From contig CAVWIL010000006.1 of assembly GCA_963755045.1 (NCBI GenBank), positions 74,664-138,663 of the forward strand: 64,000 bases of DNA. The letters run 5' to 3'. Positions 59,874 to 64,000 of the stretch are shown here, piece by piece. Position 1 is the first letter of the stretch. The number at the start of each line of letters is the position of its first letter. Source of the DNA: Nitrospirota bacterium (GTDB taxonomy: Bacteria; Nitrospirota; UBA9217). The notes beneath the pieces were generated by a model. The model was not told where the DNA came from. It saw only the letters and a program-made list of their open reading frames with translations, and did not search any database. A program made the position numbers and the translations under genes.

Positions 59874-61109
59874 ATGGGAGAAAAGCTTGCAATAGTCATC
59901 GGCGGGGGTCCGGCACCGGGGATTAACGGGGTGATCGCCGCGGTCACCTTCGAGGCCATCAAGGAGGGACTGGAGGTCATCGGCATCTATGATGGATTCA
60001 AGTGGCTTTCCAAGGGGGACACGGCGCATACCATCCGTCTTGATAAGGGGGAGATCTCGCGCATTCATCTTCGCGGCGGGTCGATCCTGCGCACGTCGCG
60101 CGACAACCCGACGAAAAGCCCCGAAAAGATGGCCAACGTGGTCAGGTCCCTGAACAACCTCGGGGTCAGGTATCTGGTTACCATCGGTGGAGACGACACG
60201 GCCTTCACATCCACCCGGGTTGAGAAGGAAGCGGGCGGCAAGATATCGGTCTGCCATGTGCCCAAGACCATTGACAACGATCTTCCGCTTCCGCACGGCA
60301 TCCCGACCTTCGGGTTTGAGACCGCGCGTCAGCTTGGGACGCAACTGGTCGAAAACATTATGGAGGATGCCCGCACCGCCAGCAGGTGGTATTTCGTGAT
60401 CGCCATGGGCCGCTCGGCCGGGTTTCTGGCGCTCGGCATGGGCATGGGCGCCGGCGCAACACTTACCCTGATCCCGGAGGAACTGGGTGATAAAATATCA
60501 TTGAACAAGGTGGTCGCCATTCTCTCCGGCGCAATCATCAAGCGTCTTGATTACGGGAGGAACCATGGCGTAGCGGTGATCGCCGAAGGCGTGGCCACGC
60601 GGTTCGATCCGGAAGAGCTGACCTTCCTCAAAGACGTGCCGCGGGACGATCATGGCAACATCCGCCTGGCCGAGATCCCGCTCGGCGACATGCTGAAGCA
60701 GCGGGTGATGGCGGATCTGGAAACACTGGGAATCAAGACCACCGTAATCGCCAAGGACATCGGCTACGAGCTTCGCTGTCATCCGCCCATCTCCTACGAC
60801 CGTGAATACTCGCGTTACCTGGGCTACAGCGCGGTGAAGTTCCTCACCTCGGGCGGCAGCGGCGCCATGATCATGCTGAAGGACGGCAAATGCCTCCCGA
60901 TCAAATTCGCTGACCTTATAGACCCCAAGACCGGTAAAACGCGCATCCGCATCGTGGACATCAATTCCGATGACTACCACATGGCACGTCGATACATGAT
61001 CCGTCTTGAAAAGGAAGATATGGAGGGCGAGAAGCTTAAAAAACTTGCGGCAACGGCGAAAATGAGTCCCGAGGATTTCAAAAGAAAGTTCGCGGTGGCG
61101 GTGGAATAG
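59874..61109 (+). CDS. pfp: 6-phosphofructokinase, PPi-dependent type likely
   Basis: The CAGGAGG RBS is followed by MGEKLAIVIGGGPAPGINGVIAAVTFEA...TIGGDDTAFT...VPKTIDNDL...MGRSAGFLAL. ORF 59622-61109 has a spurious 5' extension. The PPi specificity is inferred from the GGDDT / TIDND context only. Confidence 0.8.
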   Translation: MGEKLAIVIGGGPAPGINGVIAAVTFEAIKEGLEVIGIYDGFKWLSKGDTAHTIRLDKGEISRIHLRGGSILRTSRDNPTKSPEKMANVVRSLNNLGVRYLVTIGGDDTAFTSTRVEKEAGGKISVCHVPKTIDNDLPLPHGIPTFGFETARQLGTQLVENIMEDARTASRWYFVIAMGRSAGFLALGMGMGAGATLTLIPEELGDKISLNKVVAILSGAIIKRLDYGRNHGVAVIAEGVATRFDPEELTFLKDVPRDDHGNIRLAEIPLGDMLKQRVMADLETLGIKTTVIAKDIGYELRCHPPISYDREYSRYLGYSAVKFLTSGGSGAMIMLKDGKCLPIKFADLIDPKTGKTRIRIVDINSDDYHMARRYMIRLEKEDMEGEKLKKLAATAKMSPEDFKRKFAVAVE

Positions 61110-61115
61110 ATGGTT

Positions 61116-61206
61116 CAGTGAAACGTGAATCGTGAACGTGAGAAGTCGGCAAAAGGTATTCCCGATTACATTATAACGTTTCACCCTTCACGATTCACGT
61201 TCTTAC
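61116..61206. repeat. Word hairpin (CGTGAA/TTCACG words) downstream of pfp
   Basis: CAGTGAAACGTGAATCGTGAACGTGAGAAG (61116-61145) opposes CGTTTCACCCTTCACGATTCACGTTCTTAC (61177-61206). Confidence 0.65.
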
Positions 61207-61484
61207 AGCGGAATTCTCTTCTCCCGGGCGATGTTTCTGAGGACGATCATGGCATTGTGCAGGCGCTGAAGCTTCATGTTCCGTGTTCTCAGGACAGCCT
61301 GATCGGTAAAGTCCGTCTTTTCATTCCTCGTGAGGGTAAGCGCCTTGTTCAGGTGATCGTACAGTTCCTTGACCATGTCCTTGTCGAATTTTTTCAGAAA
61401 GAGCGGATTCACCGAGACATAGCCTTCGGCCACATCGAGGGCGACCACCCTCATGCTCTTGCCTCTGAATCCGCCCTCCGCCAT
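61203..61484 (-). CDS. Hypothetical 93-aa protein
   Basis: The ORF is intact: MAEGGFRGKSMRVVALDVAEGYVSVNPLFLKKFDKDMVKELYDHLNKALTLTRNEKTDF.... I recognise no family. It lies directly downstream of the membrane-protein gene on the same strand. Confidence 0.4.
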   Translation of the reverse strand: MAEGGFRGKSMRVVALDVAEGYVSVNPLFLKKFDKDMVKELYDHLNKALTLTRNEKTDFTDQAVLRTRNMKLQRLHNAMIVLRNIAREKRIPL

Positions 61485-61495
61485 AATAACCGCCC

Positions 61496-62052
61496 CTACC
61501 TTTTTTCACCGGTTGTGATCGCTTTTTCCAGGAGTTCCTGCGTCGTGCGCAGGCCCTCGACGAGTTTCTGAATTTCCTCCTGGTCCGCGCCTTGCCGGAC
61601 TTTTTCCCGGAGCGCCTCGATGGCCGCAAAAAGGTCCTGGGCGGTTTCCCGGATCAGCATCATGGGAGTTCCTGCTGTGCTCACACAACTGGCTGACTGC
61701 CGTCGCCCAGGTCCTTCAGCACGGGATCGTCCGAACCCCGCAGTCGCAGGCAAACGTTGGTATCTCCCTCCGCAAGGTGCTCGACGATCCTGCGTATCCG
61801 CTGCATGGGACCGATGAAGGTGTGGGAATACATCGTGCCGGCCATGCCGACGAAGACCAGGATGGTGATCAGCCCGATGGGGAGAAAAACGGGGAGTTGC
61901 ACGATCTCGGCGAGTTTCTGGAAAACCTTCAACAGAAAGGTGTAGGCGCCCAGGACAACGATAAGAAAGATGATAAACCGGTACTGCGAGCCTGCTGCGT
62001 TCATATGGCCCGTGCCCCTGCCTAACAGTTGTCTCTTCCCGGTTTTCGGCAT
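61496..62052 (-). CDS. Small membrane protein with HAMP-like linker and C-terminal coiled coil, frameshifted
   Basis: ORF 61681-62109 has two TM helices followed by HTFIGPMQRIRRIVEHLAEGDTNVCLRLRGSDDPVLKDLGD. It continues in another frame (ORF 61496-62194 tail): ...MMLIRETAQDLFAAIEALREKVRQGADQEEIQKLVEGLRTTQELLEKAITTGEKR*. Confidence 0.45.
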
Positions 62053-62239
62053 AACCTCTCTGCACCTTATCAAAACTGCGCTGCCTGCGTGATATTTCAG
62101 TTGGGTCACGCCGTTCGCAGTACAACCATGATTTGATTATACTGATAACGGGACGGCCGGTCAAGGTCATATTTGCCGGCTCACCGGCCTGCATGAAATA
62201 CCGCTTGAAGATCGCTCGGCACTATGGTAAAGTTTCTTC

Positions 62240-63229
62240 ATGCCGCTCTACGACTCGCATAAACGGCGTATAGACTATCTTCGGATTTCTGTCACTGACC
62301 GGTGCAACCTCTCCTGCTTCTACTGCAAGCCCCGCGCCATGATGAAGACGCTGTCCCACCACGAGATACTCTCCTATGAAGAGATCCTCCGGCTCGTGGC
62401 CCTTGCCCTGCCGCTCGGGATCTCCCGCGTACGCGTGACCGGCGGCGAACCCCTGGTCAGGCGCGGGATCGTCAATTTTATCGCATCGCTGAATACGCTC
62501 AAGGGATTACAGGACATCAGCATCACCACGAACGGGGTGTTGCTCGAGGAGATGGCGGACGGCCTTATCAAGGCAGGGAAACCGCGACTCAACATCAGCC
62601 TTGATTCGCTCAATCCGCACAAGTTCAGGGAGATCACCGGCAGCGACAATTATGAGCAGGTATGGCGCGGGATCAATCGGGCGGAGGAACTCGGATTTTC
62701 CCCGATCAAGATCAACATGGTTCCGATCAGGGGCATGAATGATGTCGAGGTGGCCGACTTTGCGCGCCTCACGCTCGACCGGAGGTTACACGTACGGTTC
62801 ATCGAATACATGCCCATCGGCGCGAATCACCGCTGGCACAGGGAGGAATGCGTTCCCTCTGATGAGATCCGGGCGGTCATCGAACGCGAGGTCGGTCCGC
62901 TCAAGCCATTCGGCTCGGGGAATTCCGCGGGCCCTTCGGACAACTACCAGCTCCCCGATGCCCGCGGGGTGATCGGGTTCATCAGCCCTATCACGCGGCA
63001 TTTTTGCGAGTCCTGCCGGCGCCTCCGCCTCACGGCGGATGGGAAGATCAGGCCCTGCCTGCTTTCGGACACGGAGATCGACGTGAAGTCGCCCATGAGA
63101 AGCGGGTGTGATGATAGGGAGCTGGAACGACTGTTCAGGCTCGCACTTGAGATCAAGCCGGACAGGCATTATATCAATGAAACCGGACCTGGTTGCTTCC
63201 AACGAACCATGTCGCGAATAGGGGGATGA
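62240..63229 (+). CDS. moaA: GTP 3',8-cyclase (molybdenum cofactor biosynthesis protein A)
   Basis: This is an intact 329-aa ORF. It has YLRISVTDRCNLSCFYC (the radical SAM CxxxCxxC motif) and the C-terminal cluster CESCRRLRLTADGKIRPCL. Confidence 0.92.
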   Translation: MPLYDSHKRRIDYLRISVTDRCNLSCFYCKPRAMMKTLSHHEILSYEEILRLVALALPLGISRVRVTGGEPLVRRGIVNFIASLNTLKGLQDISITTNGVLLEEMADGLIKAGKPRLNISLDSLNPHKFREITGSDNYEQVWRGINRAEELGFSPIKINMVPIRGMNDVEVADFARLTLDRRLHVRFIEYMPIGANHRWHREECVPSDEIRAVIEREVGPLKPFGSGNSAGPSDNYQLPDARGVIGFISPITRHFCESCRRLRLTADGKIRPCLLSDTEIDVKSPMRSGCDDRELERLFRLALEIKPDRHYINETGPGCFQRTMSRIGG

Positions 63230-63238
63230 TTAAAAAGC

Positions 63239-63357
63239 AATCCCGAAATCCGAAAATCTAATATCTAAACAAATTTAAATTATCAAAAGCTTCAATAAAC
63301 CTTCATTGATACCACTAAAATAGAGTTTAGAATTTCGAAATTCGTATTTCGTATTTG
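63239..63357. repeat. Word hairpin (CCGAAAT/ATTTCG words) in the moaA-moaC spacer
   Basis: AATCCCGAAATCCGAAAATCTAATATCTAAAC (63239-63270) opposes GTTTAGAATTTCGAAATTCGTATTTCGTATTTG (63325-63357). Confidence 0.65.
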
Positions 63358-63366
63358 ACAAAACCT

Positions 63367-63846
63367 ATGTCTAAACTTACTCATTTCGATAAAGAAGGCG
63401 CCGCGCGAATGGTCGACGTTACCGCCAAAGATGAAACAGCCCGGGAGGCTGTGGCAGAAGGCCGCGTCTTCATGCAACCCGAAACGCTTGCGCTTATCCT
63501 CGACCGCAAGGTCGTCAAAGGAGATGTTTTTTCAGTGGCGCGCATTGCAGGCATCATGGCCGCAAAAAGAACTCCCGAATTCATTCCCCTCTGCCATCCG
63601 CTGAACGTCTCGTCCGTCAACATCGACTTCGAACCGGACAAGGAACGATCCAGCGTCCTGGTCCGCGCTACGGTCAGGATCTTTGCGCGGACCGGTGTGG
63701 AGATGGAGGCGCTCACTGCCGTCGCCGTAGCGGGCCTCACGGTCTACGACATGTGCAAGTCAACGGATCGCACCATGACCATTTCCGACATCCGGCTGAT
63801 GAAGAAATCCGGCGGCAAGACAGGGACCTTTGAAAGAGTAAAATAA
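63367..63846 (+). CDS. moaC: Cyclic pyranopterin monophosphate synthase
   Basis: It reads [28 protein letters not shown]...[18 protein letters not shown]...[23 protein letters not shown]. Confidence 0.9.
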   Translation: MSKLTHFDKEGAARMVDVTAKDETAREAVAEGRVFMQPETLALILDRKVVKGDVFSVARIAGIMAAKRTPEFIPLCHPLNVSSVNIDFEPDKERSSVLVRATVRIFARTGVEMEALTAVAVAGLTVYDMCKSTDRTMTISDIRLMKKSGGKTGTFERVK

Positions 63847-63909
63847 CAAGTTCTTGTTGATAACCCATCTGAATGATTCAGTTTCCCAAGCATTGTTGAT
63901 TGCTCTTCT

Positions 63910-64000
63910 TTATTCCAGAATATTCGTCTCTGAAAGCACATCTCCCTTTACGCCGACGATGATCTCCGTCATGGGGATCTGTCTCCCCGAGCGGTTGATC
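63910..64000 (-). CDS. 3' end of an unidentified gene entering from the right edge
   Basis: The minus-strand frame is open to the window edge and reads ...INRSGRQIPMTEIIVGVKGDVLSETNILE*. It is too short to assign. Confidence 0.25.
   Translation of the reverse strand, partial: INRSGRQIPMTEIIVGVKGDVLSETNILE

Noticed and set aside
62110-62239. A Moco riboswitch might lie upstream of moaA. The region has mutually exclusive GGCCGGT/ACCGGCC and GCCGG/CCGGC stems around 62155-62195.
   Set aside because: I could not match the conserved Moco-motif nucleotides from memory. The 130-nt region is also the divergent promoter of the minus-strand membrane-protein gene. It needs an Infernal scan before any claim.

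Overview
This is a 64-kb chromosomal window from a moderately GC-rich bacterium. Gene content and the intergenic repeat vocabulary resemble syntroph-type Deltaproteobacteria/Thermodesulfobacteriota or Nitrospirota MAGs, but I cannot prove taxonomy from the sequence. Most of the window is housekeeping and central-carbon genes. These are: groES-groEL with a perfect CIRCE operator; ftsE-ftsX-envC-ctp; a split transketolase; an AlsS-like TPP enzyme; aldehyde dehydrogenase; citrate synthase; aconitase; GDH; an ACT-malic enzyme; fumC; sdhCAB; livKHMGF; class-V FBP aldolase/phosphatase; GTP-PEPCK; purH; PPi-PFK; and moaA/moaC. There are two small accessory islets. One lies downstream of tRNA-Leu(CAA) at about 7.8-19.3 kb. 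It holds Phd/ParE, VapBC, two nitroreductases, PilZ, a macro domain protein, an EndoQ-like gene, a GNAT, and three copies of a ~0.5-kb mosaic foldback repeat. The other lies at 34.6-36.2 kb between fumC and sdhCAB and holds decayed DUF4160/DUF2442/DUF6429/PIN modules. The observations I consider most worth a second look are five. (1) About 25 conserved genes, including groES, ftsX and sdhA, are broken by single-base indels concentrated at 0-7.7 kb and 31.4-45.5 kb; this is most likely an assembly or basecalling artefact. (2) An intact orphan 579-aa protein looks like a tandem kinase/pseudokinase duplication. (3) The ~0.5-kb repeat family has a module whose variation is confined to hairpin loops. 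(4) A GIY-YIG gene is bracketed by inverted hairpins with compensatory changes. (5) A large family of low-complexity 'word hairpins' sits in spacers inside operons. I found no CRISPR array, rRNA, transposase or phage genes. All homology calls come from reading the translations, with no database search.
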